This document shows, one piece after another, positions 12,471 to 27,462 of a DNA stretch of 64,000 nucleotides (positions within the stretch are counted from its first letter, which is position 1; every line of letters begins with the position of its first letter). The translations under genes were made by a program, and so were the position numbers. This DNA is from Centruroides vittatus (taxonomy: Eukaryota). The notes under the pieces are model-generated. The model was given only the letters and a program-made list of their open reading frames with translations, did not search any database and had not been told where the DNA came from. The stretch is taken from positions 5,610,248-5,674,247 of the forward strand of contig NW_027122708.1 in the NCBI RefSeq assembly GCF_030686945.1, written 5' to 3'.

Positions 12471-15400
12471 TTCGGACACATTAAAATACTTCTACCCAAT
12501 CTACAGAAATTTATATCTTCGAAATTCCATTTTTACGGCAAATAAAACGGGTTGAGTAATTTTGTACGTATGACTAAAGAATAATCGGGAAATTTAAATC
12601 AAATTTGAAATGATTCATAGCCGTTCTATCCCTGACCCGAAGGCCTAAATAAGTTGCAGAGGATCAACAAGTCAATAGCAAACAGCTTCTAGGTTAAACT
12701 TAAATATCAATTGGAACTAACGGGGGATCTTGTCATTTAATTCGTAGATAGTTTAACGAACTGGCTTATGCTCTGTTTATTACACAAATAATTATTCTTT
12801 AAGTTATTACTTAAAGCGAAATACGCTATTAATCGTAGAAAGATTTCCAATATTACGACACGAAATGATTTGTAACTTGTTCCATTTATCGCTGTTAGCT
12901 TAATTTTGAAATTTTTAACAAAGTAGAACAATAGAAGAATGTTTTATGCTGTAGAATAAATATGAAGATAGGTTAAGCGAGTAATCTTTGTATCGCAGAG
13001 GAAGTAGATTACTCACGTATACATGGATATGTATATGTGTCTATGTACTGTACACCTATGTATATGTATCACGTATGCACTCACGTATCCATGTATATGT
13101 AAATATCTGAAACGAGAAAAATAGTTAAACATGCCATAAATTTGTCACAGATATTTATTTGCACCGATGAACGTTTAATATTCAATGTTTGACTTGGGCA
13201 TAAACACTTTCTGAATCGTAAATTATTCGCTTTGTTGCTATGCAATTCAATCTCGGAAAAACTGGCCAACAGACAAATAAGATCAGAATGCAAAACAGAA
13301 ATTTATATTTAAACTTTGCAAATATAACTTATATATACATATATTTCTTTTCTTTTCTCGTAAATATGGTGCGAGCGCATCTCATAATAGAGTTTTGTTC
13401 TAGATAATAGAATGCTTAAGATGCTCATCACAAAAATTAGGAGTTATTCATTGAATTATTTGACAATTAATGCCCACAAAGAAAAATATACACTGTGTAT
13501 ATACATTTTTACAGTATGTCTATATCATTATACTGTTTTACTGTTACTTGATAAAACTAGATCGAAATCGAATATTTTTTTAAATAAAAAAGTATTATTA
13601 TATATATTAAAAATAAATATTAGATATAATATAAAAAATACAGTATATATTTAATCGATTAATTAAGTGCTTAAAATATTCTAATATTCTGGAATGAATC
13701 TTCGATCGTTATCAAACTAGTGAATTAAACATGTCAAGAATTTATATTTAAGATTATTTTCTTCTAAATATTATAAATTCTTGGGATTTTTTTATTATTA
13801 TTATAAATTGAATTCTTGTGTTATTACGTTAAGATTAAACGAATTGCGAATAATTTATAATGAAATTTTTGATCTAAAAAATATATTTTTGTAAAAGGTA
13901 TTGAGACAGAGATCATTGAGCTTAATGAAATAAATTATTCTACTTTGATACATCCCGATGGGATTTTACTTGAAAATAACGAGTTGCCATTAAATTTATT
14001 TGGAATGTTGAGGGAATATTTTTGTAGATTTGTTGAATTGTATGCAAAATATAACAACACACAAAATAATAATATCTCAATTGTTTGTTAATATAAAATC
14101 TGATATTTTCATCACTTTGGACTTTTGATAACCCAATTTATTCACTTCACTTATTCAAACGGTATTCAATAACAGATTATTAAAAGGAACAATGCACCAT
14201 AGAATCTAAATGTAGTCCTAAGCTATTATTTTATAGGAAAACTATCAAGAAATCAATAGCACATTACTTATTTATAAATATCAAATTATCAATTGAATCG
14301 ATGAAATTTATCGTTTTTACATTTTACTTTATTTTTAACTTAGCATTTTTAATAGGTTTGTTATTGAGAGAAAAAGATAGATCTTGTTATAAATTCCCTT
14401 GATCTATCTTAATTAAATTCTTTCACTGCCTTTATTCTTTGTCTAGAAAGGAAAACAGATTAGAAATGCACTATTATGTCAGCTCTTGCAATATCTAGTC
14501 TCCCATTTCTCTATAATTTAGTAGTAAATTAAAATTAAAAAGGAGGCAGTGTCTGTGGAAGTAGCCGAATAAGAAATAGACAGACAGAGATCATTGAGCT
14601 TAATGCAATAAATTATTCTACTTTGATACATCCTGATGAGATTTTACTTGAAAATAACGAGTTGCCATTAAATTTATTTGGAAATAAACTTTCTGGGTTT
14701 GAGCCTGTGGTAAAAATCGCATTCTCTTTGTTCATTTCTTTCATTGGGATTTATTCTATTGGATAATTACTCGTTTATCGTCTACCTATTTTTATTGCTG
14801 ACATAAACCGTGGAATTCTTTATCGTATGATTGATAGCATATGCATTAACTGTCAATTACTCAAACGGAATTACAGTTCTTTGCATACGTTTTTACTTTT
14901 GTCCCTTTGCAATGACAGATAATTGTCATTAAGGATTTACATTTAACAGAAGCCGAAAACGCTCAAATTTTTTTATCACCATTAAGGAATAATGTTACTA
15001 ATAGTTGGAACTGAAAAACAGTTGAAAATTTAATTTACGTTTGACGTCATTTTCTAATTTTACTTATCATTCGGCAACGAAGACGGGCGAAAAGAATCAG
15101 TAATAAAATTTTCGTTTATAATAAATACAGCGTGATGTCATAGGAAACGATTACCACTTTTTATGAATAGTTTTTTCGTTATTTTGCTGATCTAAAGGCA
15201 TTTATTTTGAAAAGGTTGAAAGTTGTTTCGCTTTCGATATCATCTAGTAATGCTCCACTGAAGTTAATCAATATAAAAAGCAATTTTCTCTTAAATTACA
15301 AAATAAATAAACATATATGTACAGCGTACTTGCAAGTTCGACGTAATTAAAATACGAGTTTTTTAATGGTTTCTACACTAAATTTGATTAAAACGTTGAA

Positions 15401-18400
15401 ATATTCGTAAAACATACCTTCTTATTTGCCTTCTGAATTATAATATATATAATTTCAGACACAATAACTTTTAATATATTATGTTTTTGAAGTAGGCCTG
15501 TAGATATTTAAAACAATTTATCAATTAAAAGTTTCCTGTCATTCAACCAAGGCAATGCATTATGTCTTACTATATCCTGAATTTTTTGAAAAGGTAAAAT
15601 TAAATTTTAAAACTAACCGTTTTCTGCTTGAATTTTTTATCTTAATAGTCCTACACGCAATTTATTAATTAAAGATATAAAATTGTACGCTTTGAAGAAA
15701 TTCGGGAAAGTACTGTACAGTAGTAAGACGTATTCTCACGGCTGAATTAAATGATAAAACATAAATAAAGTAAATATATCGTTTCCGAACTCTTAAATTT
15801 ATATACGTTTATTGAACTCAAAAATTCTGTAATATATTCAAACGTAAGCATATTTATGAAGATAAAAGACAACAAATAGATAGGCGTGTATACAGGCGGT
15901 TATTTGTAGTAAATTGTTATTCTAGTTCTGAATAAATAAACTTTATCTGGAACTGTAATCTATAACAAATCATTTCAATGTTAAGAAAAATTCCTGGAGT
16001 ACCTCCAATCACGGAGTAACACTCAATGGGAGGTAAAATTTTAACGAGCAAGCGGACCTCAACTCGTTCGGCTTTCCCGCTTACCTTGAATAAAAATACA
16101 ACTTTGCCAGTCAGGATAGTGGAAAATTTTTATCGATTCGTTTTAATTGTTAAACTCCCAAGCTATAAAACACTACAAAATGATGAAAAACACATTCTTT
16201 TAGGATGTCCTCGGAGTGTAGCATAAATTTACACACTTTGGATAAAGTACAAAATGGTCTAAAAGGCTAGTTTCTATTGAAAAAATGTGTTATTTATCGT
16301 CACGTATATTACCAATTACTGTTTTTCTTTCCGAAATAATAAAAGAATTAAATACAAAGAGGTAAACCGTCGAAAGGTCAAATCATGCTTTAAAAGTAGA
16401 TACTGCATCCGGTTGACGATAGTAACTGGAATAAGGCCGTCTAGCATCGGAGGTCGGAACCCCCCATTCAGGGTAAGGCCAGTGATCCATCATGTGACTG
16501 ACTGATAGACGTTACTGCGAACTTATCGTCATCTTCATCTCCTACGGATAGATGTTCCTACTGTTTGGTATACATAGAATGTGTAGATGAGATGCGAGAT
16601 TGACGTTGAAGGCAATCTTCATTAAATAGTTTTAATCAATGATTTTTTTTTTAAATTTATTTATCAATCTAGAAATGAAGTATTTTTGTGGGTAAATAAC
16701 TTGCGAGACAGGTTAAACAAAGGAATGTAGAGTGGCCCGCGAAAGCATTAAATAGTTTAAAACGGAACACGAGCTTAAATGACTAATCGTTTTGGCAGTT
16801 TTCACGAGATTATTAGACAAAAATCATGGGAATAAAGCGCATGTGGGCAGAATTACACTCGATACATCATGAAGCATGTGTTAAGTGGTTAATGAATGAC
16901 AAATATAAATATTAAACAGCTTGGGATATAACATTTGATTGACGCAAATTAAACATTTTAGTAAATCATTTCATTAATATATTAATGTTAACGAGATGAT
17001 TTATTTTGTCTAAAGCTTTCTAATTACGCGCCTACTTTATTAACATTCGGGATCCTAAATTCTGCTTGTTTAATTAAAAAATAATCGATTTAATTTCATA
17101 ATGATTTATGCTCGTTTCACATATCTATTATATTTTATGCCGCATCTTTTAAATAAACCCACTTAGCTTTCGTTAATGCTTACTGGCCTATTACGAAAAG
17201 AACTTTTCGCATAAACTATAATCACGTGACTGAAATGATTGCATCTTTCTCATTTAATCATGGCCGAAGGTAAATCGAGAGTATCATAAAAATATTTTTT
17301 TCTCGGTGCTTTCAGCATCCGGCTAAAAACGAAACAAATAACAATAGCTACAAAGCGGTGTCGAATGATTTGTTCTGGAGCATTTTCGCGGTAATTATAT
17401 GAATTTACGGCCGGAGATCTCAATCAGACGATGTAAGCATTTCTAAGGAGGACCGAAAAAAGCCGATGACGATCAATTTCGGTACATTTCTTATCAAAAT
17501 TTGGGTTCCAATCTGTTAAGGTGAGCAAAAAACTGTGCTTATCGTTGACAGTTGAATGTAACCGACACAAAGTATTACCTCATTTGGAGATTCTTTTGGT
17601 AGTTTTTATAGTCGATAGCTAGCTAAAGGCATTTCTATAGATAGAGCATCTACAAAGCATCCGCTAGAGGCTATTTCATCTCAAATTTCTATCGGGATCC
17701 TGCTTAATGTCACGAATTGTTAATCTACAAATACGATCTTGCTGGTATTCCGTGCATAAATTGTCAAATATTTGTTTGCAAATATTGTATCGGAATGGAT
17801 ACAAAAAATAAGTAGAATAAAATTCTTTCCATTTATATTTTTCACTTATAACGTGCGTGTTATATACCGTATAATACGCACGTTTTCCCGAAAAATACTG
17901 TCTGAAAATGGGGTACGTCTTATATGCCAATAGTAAGAATTGATTATTGTTTATAAATATACGCTAGTTAAATAGTTAAATTAATTATAGCATATACAAT
18001 ACGCTATAATTAATTTAAATGTATAAATTTGCATTAATGAAACTTTTTAATGTTAATTTTTTGTTACGAAAGACGAAGTGTAACTGATAGCATTAACAAT
18101 AGGAAACAAATTAATATGAACGGTATTAAAATCTATAAATCAACATATAATTAAGCTGATAATTTATTATTAAGAGTGAATAGCCTCATTTTTTAATAAT
18201 AATATTATTATTTATAAATTATCAGAAGGTAGTTTAATAATATTTATAATTTCGTCAGCTGGGTGCTAATAGATGAATGGATCAAATACTTTTTAGAATA
18301 AAGTAAGTAGTTCAGTGAGTTTCATTTCATGAAAACAGAAATTTGATTGATTAATATTATACTTATTTTAAAATTAACTTTGGAAATGAGGAAACGATGG

Positions 18401-21400
18401 TCATTATTGCTGGTGGACACTTTTAACAGGTTCTTCTACATTTCAGTCAGGTTCAAATTTAATTAAGACGTTTCCTAATGTTTGGCTCCAGGCTAAAATC
18501 GCATAAATTATCCGAGAGATTTAGCATTTTTTATCATTAAAACTTAATTTTTAATTTAAAATTCGGCATCGTCACCTTTCTAATCATTCCGAGTCACGAT
18601 ATTCTTGCCGTTAGTAACTGGAATTCGGAATGAAATTTGAAATTTTAAAAATTTGTTGACACGAAAATTGCAAAAATCTGTGTAATTTCGCCCGCCTGTT
18701 ATTCTAATAGTAATTAAAATAAAGTGGTGACGATATTCACGCAGGATTTTTACCATAGAAGCACGCCAAAAGAAGTATTTTCGTGTTTTCTGCTCACGAA
18801 GAGGCACGCAGAAACTTATTTCATGCATATATAACACGATCGCGTTGCCAATTATAATAGAAATCATCGATAAAACTGAAATTCTGAGATGTCATGGGAG
18901 GGAGCTAAGTACAAGAAGAGGTATCAAAGTCATGCGGGTAAACAGGGAGGCCTATCCATGACTGACATCTAAGTGGATTGTCGACGGACCTCCCCACTTC
19001 AGCTGTCTTCTAACGAAGGATAGAAGGCGGGCATGGAGTGAAGGTCACGTATAACCCGAAACTTCAATTAGCAGAAATTAATTAGAAAGAGGCGAAGTGA
19101 TATCCCAGGGTTGGAGCGAATGACGGCTTTTCAACCCACGCAGTAGCAGCTTTCTGTAGTCAAGTCATACTCAATTACTGTATCTTTATGCTCAGAATAA
19201 ATAAAAGCGTTTAACACGTTCTAATCGGTATATCGACCAATAAAACGTCATACAGTCACCGTGTGTTAAGCACACTCGTTACGATTCACTTCCTACGTCA
19301 ACTGGCAACGGTGAAAATAGAAAAACCATTAATAAATAAAATAAAGGGGAAAAAATAAGAAAATTTAATAGAATTATCGATATTTATTGAAAATTATGCT
19401 TCAAATTTTGTAAAAATAAATGGGATATTTAAGTAAGAATTTGCTGTTATACAATCGGTTGTGATGCAAGAAATAATGTTGCAAGAATCCAGAATTAAAA
19501 ATTCTTTAGAAAATTCCACTTGGCGTTTAAAGCTGGAGGGAAAGTGATTAGTACAAAGTAGAGCATTGTTTATCGTAGGAATTTCTATTATTATTTTGTT
19601 TTATTTTTTTGCTTTAACTAGCTCGTTTCAACGTAACTTACTAAGTGAATTATTAGTAACGCCAACCAATTCAACATAGCGTAACAACATTATTTGCAAA
19701 TTGGAATCTTTCAACAATGGAATTATATGTTTGATAGTTTAAACAGCTCGACAGTTTCTTTGATCAATTGTACTTCTTTCTAAATCATCATCGAATTTTC
19801 TTCTTTTTGTAACACGGATATTATTGTAAATATAATACGTAAATTATCGATAATTGTTTCCTTTAATATCACGATAAATTAAATTAAGTGAGCTAAAGGG
19901 CAAACTTTTATTTTTTAAATCCTTTGTTAGAAAATTTTATAAATACTGGGTCAGGATATGTTGTAAAAACATGCATAGATCTACAGGTTAATTAAGTGCT
20001 TATATAGGTCAGCGGTTACGAGCAAAACTGTGCTACCAATTTTTAATGAAATTGTTTAATTTTCACATCATTTATTGAAAACATTCTAAATTTCTCCCTT
20101 ATAACGATTATAGAAGAAGAGGAGCAAAAAGGTGAGACGGATGTTAAGATTTGAATCACTGCGTCGTGGTATTAAACAGAATCCCAGAAAAATATAATCT
20201 CTTATACGACTAAACACAGTCACATTTAGGGCTATATCGCAATTTAAATATGAAAATTAAAATAAAAGTAATCATAATATTAAAAGAAATTGCCCCAATA
20301 CGCTTATAAGACGGAAAAGAGTGGAGCCTATGGCAAAATGTTACTAATTTGTTTATTTTAATGCACAATATCATCATTTTCCTCAACACTTGCACAAGAA
20401 ACATGGACACTTTTCATAAGATTCATAATATGTAATACATGTATAATAATATAAGCACTCAACATTATGTTCACTCAAAATAGAGTTCATTACAATAAGA
20501 TAAGTAATATCAACATCATTTTCAAATGTTAACGAAATGATTTATTTAACATTCTTTGATCTCTTTAGCTGCTTTGAGGAAGTCTTTCTTATTGGCTATT
20601 GGGAAATCGGACATCCGAAGTTGCCCTGGTTTCCTAATAGCCAAATTGAAATGGTTCTTCTTTCCCCATCTTACCTCTAAGCGACAGAACCTATCTTGCC
20701 CCAAATGCTGTACTAATCAAATATGGCCGTTCCTCGTTATTTACTGAATTACAACGAAAATTTATATTATGTGTCCATTTATATTACATTATCAAATGCC
20801 GTTTACGTTTGGTATTTCAATATAATAGATATTTGTTTATTATTTATGACTAAATTTTAATTATAAGTTTATCTCTGTTATCATGATTTTACTTCATTTT
20901 ATAAGAATAAAAGTTCAAGCTACTCGACTTAACTCAGTACTGCGCATTTAGTATAATTTAACTCAGTGGTTCTGTGTCCACGGGCTACGAAATTCTAAAA
21001 TTACTTAAAAATGCTAATTTGAATATTATTTATATACATTACTTTTTATATAAAAAAGTGCAGACCTTCTCATCTCTGATGTGACGTGCCATTAGCTTAA
21101 GAAAAGGTCCAGAATCATTGGTTTAACTCCCGCATTGCCCGCGTTAGAGTATGGATCATTAAGATTCGAACCCTCGCCTTCTAATATAAAAGTAATAATC
21201 CATCTTAGTACTTTATAAATCCAGAAAACTTGTCAAAATATTTCTGATAAATATATATATATATATATGATTATTATTATTTATAACAAAACATAAAGCG
21301 ACCTACCTACCTTTAATTTAAGGATCCACGAGAACAATTCAATATTATATCTTGGATTAGTTTTAAACAATTCCGAGAAAGAGTTAAAAAATTAGGCAAT

Positions 21401-24400
21401 AGTCTATTGTTTAATTGTTTTTTTTTTTTTTTTTGCTCCACGTAGAATTTTTATATCAGGCGAATTGGTTTTAACGTTAACAATAAAACGTCCAGTTAGA
21501 CAATTTATGATCTAAGCGAACAAATACGGTCTGGAAAGTCTGTAGACAGCTTGTGTAAACCCACGTATCATGTATTGTTTGTAAATTCAATTGACATTAC
21601 AGTAATAAATCCTTTTGACGATAGTAATGAAATTCTTATTAGTCTTTTTATTGTGTCGATTAAATATATATCCCGGGGAGAAAGCTTTATCGTTTCTTTT
21701 TATCTTAAAAATAATAAATTTAGATTTGCACCTACACAATGGAGCATAATATTATATAAGTTTTATATTATGATTATTATTATTAATATTATATAATATT
21801 ATACTCTATTGTGTATGTAATGCAAAACTAAAAAGGCGAGAAAACTTAATTTATTTTTTTTAAGACAAGAAAATACGATAGAAGATTATCCCCAGGATGT
21901 ATACTACTGTATGTACAGTACTGTACATATAGGCCTATAATATTATCTATATTATAATAATATTAATTAATAATATTTATATTTATATTAAATACTTTTT
22001 TTAAAAAAAAAAATCACAAATTTCCGCTGTAATGCAAACAGAAAAGTGTAGTCTATTTCCTGTTTTCAATACATCAATGTGAATTAAAAAAAAAAAATAT
22101 TTTAAACGAATTCTGTCGCCATCTTATGGGAAATTTTGAAATTAAGTATAATTTTTTCTTTCCAAATGTTTTATGTAATTTGTGCGTGTTAAAACTAAAT
22201 TAATGTTTTTACATTTATAGTTTAAATGGCATTTGTGTGTTCTTTACGAAAAAAATAATAAATTTCAAATAAAATTTTAATTTATTTCTTTTATCGATTT
22301 CCTTAATATATGCATATAATTAAAGTCTTAAAGCGCTTTTATTTTAATAAGTTAAATATGTTTATTATATCATATATAACAGACGATTTAATATAATTGA
22401 ATTATTAATTATTTCATTAAGATTACAAAAATGTTGTAAATCTATGTCAGTATATATCAACATTATATAACTTCACCATTATTGTATAATTATATTATTG
22501 TGTTTGTTTAAATAACTGTTTTTATTATGTTAATAACGAAATAATATAAAACCAATGTATAAAAACGGTTAAATTTTAATAACCTAGTTAATGTTTTAAT
22601 AACACGAAAATTTACAAGTCAATTTTGTACAACCCCCTGCAACAGGGATAATCCCCTTTTTGTGAATAAAGATTATTATTATTATTATTATATAATTGAA
22701 TTATTTTTTGTAAATTTTAATTATTAACAATAGATGGCGACACGAAACAAACAGTGATATACATATATATACACCGTATATACATGTTTCATAGGAAATA
22801 TATATAAGAAATGAAATGAAAATATAAATATGATAAAGATAAAAACGGTTAAACTAAAAATATTTCGCTCAGCAAAGCGGAAAAACATTATTTTAGATGG
22901 TTTTCCGGACGAAAAAAGAAAAAAAAATGCATAAAAGCGATATGGAAACACGGAACGGGAGATTCGACTCGTTTAGTATAAGAGATATTCCATTTTCAGG
23001 CAATTTCACAAATAGCAAATATTCGCTAGATATAAAATAGCCTGTAAAATTGAATACGAGAATAAAAAAGAAAGAAAACTCACTTCCTATATACATTTCT
23101 CTTTAGTACGTGCCAGTTTCTAGCGACTTTACTATAATATCCAACCATAATCTATCGGAATTTTTTATGAAGAATAATAGCATATTCGATAAATACTTCA
23201 TACCTAAAATTCGTTTTAAGAAAATTGCTATTTATCTTTAACAAAAAGTAACATAAGGGGTGGGTCGAGAAATTCGATTTTGTATGGTAGCCGAAGCAAA
23301 CGCTTGTTTTATTTTATAAATTTGTCGAATTTTCTATTACAAAAAAAAATGCGTTATATTATAGAGAAATGATAATAAAATAGGAAATGGGACCAATTTT
23401 ATTTCCGATTTGTTGGAGTAGTTAGCGATAGCGGATAAAAGATAAAGACGAGTGTTGGCATTTTTATAAATTGAGTCCAAGTAGATGTCGACTCGACAAT
23501 ATTTCATTTTAGTTGTGAAAAGACGAGAGTCGGATGAAAAATGTCAAACGTTTAATAAAAACGGAAGAGAAGAGAAAGCCGAAACAATCACTCTCAGTTA
23601 GGACTGCATAAAGTTGGGAAGAATAACATTGTTTTGACAGCTGTCTCCACTTAAGATCCACCCCTCGACAGTGTAGAAGAGATTTGTTTTCGGCATTGGT
23701 TTATTGGTTTATTAACAATCTGCCGTTTTCAAAAGTCAACAAATCAATAACTCTGGCTTATCAATAGACAATCGGAGTTACTAATGAAAACTTTACATTT
23801 TCTGACATTTATTAGTAACGAACGAAACAAGCAATTTATTGTCACATTAACGAGCGCTTTTGATTTGTCACCTCTGAAGAGCCATTAGTTAGTTGTTGTA
23901 ATTGCAAATCCCAGTTTGTTGATATTTCTATTAGAATGTCGTTCCGCAACTATCGACGTTAATGAAACAATATAAAAGTTAATTTAGCTACACAAATGCC
24001 GTATGACGTTTATTGTTATGAGGTTTAATGACAAAGATTTAGGAGAGACAAAAATCGTTTCGATCGTGTGCAATTCGTACCATACAAAAGCAATTCATTT
24101 TTAGCAAAGATGGAGAATTTTTCCTCTATTCCAGGGAAAGATTTCTTTTTTTTTTTTTTCATAAATTGCCAATTTGAACCACAATCAAATCCAATTTCCT
24201 ATAAGCCACTAAAAACGTATGAGGTTTTCGGAGACGAGAATGGAAACAACCGAATATTTCCTGTTCCGTCTTTGTTTTTTCCCGACGTAAACTATTTAAA
24301 TTCAATTAAAATTCTGATTAGCTTTATGTCTAATAAAGTGACAAGGAATGACGTCAAAATTAATTTCGTTATCTTTCGCTACTTATCGATGAGATTTTGG

Positions 24401-27400
24401 AATTTCAATCATAAATCTCTAAGGAACTACAGAGTTTAAAATGATTTTGTCTTTTAGAAATTAATAAAAGTTATAATTTTAATATTTAAATTAATTATAA
24501 AAAGCTACTTTATAAAATTTTTTAATTGCGCGACCTTTGAATTCGGAAAAGAAAGGGGAAAAATATTTTTATTTAAAATTGGAACTAGAAAGTTGATAGA
24601 ATTTTTTCCAATAAAATATCATAAATAGATCTGCAGAATTTTTCTTAAAAGTAAGTATACCTGAAAGCGTTGTTATACGAGGGAAAGGTCTGTGTGAAGT
24701 TGCACTCCATACCTACAACACCCAATATAAGAAATTGCCAAACAAGACGAAAGAGGAACACTTCAAAGAAAACATCTCCACTCCGACGTTTTCAATATAG
24801 AAACTGCGATATTTTCATAAGTTCCTAAAAAAATCACAACCAGGGTGACAGCTGGATGCACCCAACACTTCCTATACTTCTTATCGATTGAAAACGAATA
24901 TCGAATATTCCTTTTGGCACAAAATGCGTTTCATTTATTGATTGCTCTGAAATTAATTTTTTCATCCAAACAATCGATCGATATTTATCCCCGAGTTTAA
25001 AAACTTTTATTGATAAACACGTAAAAGAATAAAAAATTAAAAAAAAACAAAATTAAATTCCGAATAAATCTTTGCTTTACCATCCATTTTTCTGCTATTT
25101 TTCTAGTTTTCCCCTTGAAAGAAATAATTCGAAACTAGCAGTTTACAAAGAAATATTTCGTTTTTGATAGGACATTAATGGAGCCATACAAAGAGGAAAC
25201 AAAGCTTGTGTTACCGGAAATGACGTCTATGATCATCCATCCTAGAACTCACTTCAAGTATGAATGGGTGGCGTCGTTACTGTCAACCCGAATACTTCCT
25301 GTCAAGAGCCGAGGAAAGACGAAAATCACGTGCAACTAACTCCCCCATCTTTGTTTTTTTGCTATTCAAAAATTTTTTAACGTTCGGCAAATGGAATGAT
25401 TCAGATTACGAAAGTAATTTCAACGAAGCCAACCGGAAAATAAGCTCGAATATTCAATAATTTTATTTCTTACAGATGTGAATTCAAAGATGTTCAAAAA
25501 ATCGAACTTGGTGTAGACTTATGTTTCTTATGTATTATTAATTTTTTAATACGAGTTTTAAAAAATGTAAGAAAATGATATTAATCGAATCGATTTAAGA
25601 AACGATAGTTCAACGCTAAATGAATGAAGGGGAGACAAGTTATACGGACAGACATAATGTAAAATGACACACACGATCGAGATTGGCAATAAGTCGTCAC
25701 TCTATTGGGAATTCTTCCATTAAAGCTGTCTTCTTTGGTAATTCTCTATTTCATATCAACACGAACATTTCAGGATTAATAAAATTCGATAACGAATTTA
25801 ATAACGTTACTTGAAAAAAAAAAAAAATAATATATATATATATTATATATATATATATTAATATTTATAATATTTTTTAAATATACATATATAGATATAG
25901 ATATATAGATGTTTAATTTAAAAGATTAAAAACGCTCTCGTGTAATTTAATCTTAAAATTAGCGACATTAAAGTAAACTAATATCAGTAATTTCTTTAAA
26001 TGCCGATTAATCTTCAAATAATCAACCCGAACGATTTATTTAGTTAAGGATTTTGCAAAACGTCACCACAGTTAGTCCATTAAAGCTATTATGTTGTCCC
26101 ATTATCACGGTGTGACGACAGAAACGAGTTTTTCATGGCGACGAATGACAAACGCCTTCTAAAAATACAAGGTAAAATTACACGAGTTTATTTGTTGTAG
26201 AGTACTGTACGTAGAAAAACGAATTCATCCCCCATCCGCGCTATTAATCACGCAACGCGTTACGTAAGTAAACGCGTGTCCAATTATTGATAATGGATTT
26301 GCTAAGTGTATTACTGTCCGAGATAGAGGATGGCTTGTCACTCCATGCAGATGTTAACTGGGTTCGAGATTGGGCGTAAAACGGGTAGCAGAGGGTTATT
26401 AATCAACCACGACATTCGCTGACAAGATTAAGGAGAGGATAAAAATAACCTTGTGAAGTAACAGGTTGATCTCGGTATCGATCTCAGTAAAATCAAATCG
26501 CTCATATTTCTTCCTATCGAAAACATATTAAGAGCATCTTCACTAAAGCTTATCCTTAGGGGGTCTACACTTTTTTCTTTCGAACTAAGGATCGACAAAT
26601 TGCAATTGTTCTGTTCAAACCAATCGTCTTCACTCATTTTTAATTTTACTCTCTCATCCCCAGCGGTAACAACTTTTATTCCGTTCAAAATTAATATCCT
26701 TCAACATTTATCACTATATAAAAAAGGAATTAACACTTCGAATCATTCGTATATAACTTCTATAAGCTACCGTATTTGCTGGCGTATAAACGTATTTCTA
26801 TTCTATTTTATTGAAAAATAAAGTACTGTAATTTGCATACAATTACTGTGTGAAACGTATTTAGCTGTTGGTGTTTGTACTCGAATATTCTTAGTATATT
26901 TGACAACAAACGACTATGAATTACCCAAATAAAAATATTTCATACATATTTTCCCGTGTTATACACCGGAAATACTGTATGTCTCGATATACAAACCGTA
27001 TAGCCCATATATATATTGTGTCTTTTTAAAGTTTTAGAAATCTTTCCCGCTTCTTCGCATTATTTATCCGCTATAAAAGAAATTTTTGAGAATATATATT
27101 TAAAAATTTCAATTTAATAAGAATAAATTTAGAATTTTGGAATAAACGACATGTCTTGTTGCGGAGTAATTTAATTCTACATTTTATTTCAATTTTTATT
27201 TCGGTTCTTAAATTAAATTAATTAGGAAAATTCAGGAATAAAAAATCTAATAAATTCTACTTAACTTCGTGTTAAAAATACATATTGCCGAAGACTACAC
27301 TAATCCGATGATATTTTCTATTTGACTAATAACCATTGCTTTATATACTGACTTAATTCTGGAAAAAAAGCAGAAACGTAATTACGGTACTACATTCATC

Positions 27401-27431
27401 TATATATATAATGTAATATGTATATTATAAT

Positions 27432-27432
<1 letters not shown>

Positions 27433-27457
<25 letters not shown>
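27433..27457. repeat. (TA)n microsatellite.
   Basis: An uninterrupted atatatat... run. Similar TA tracts occur at 21250-21268, 25819-25910, 33965-34010 and 52336-52360. Confidence 0.9.
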
Positions 27458-27462
<5 letters not shown>

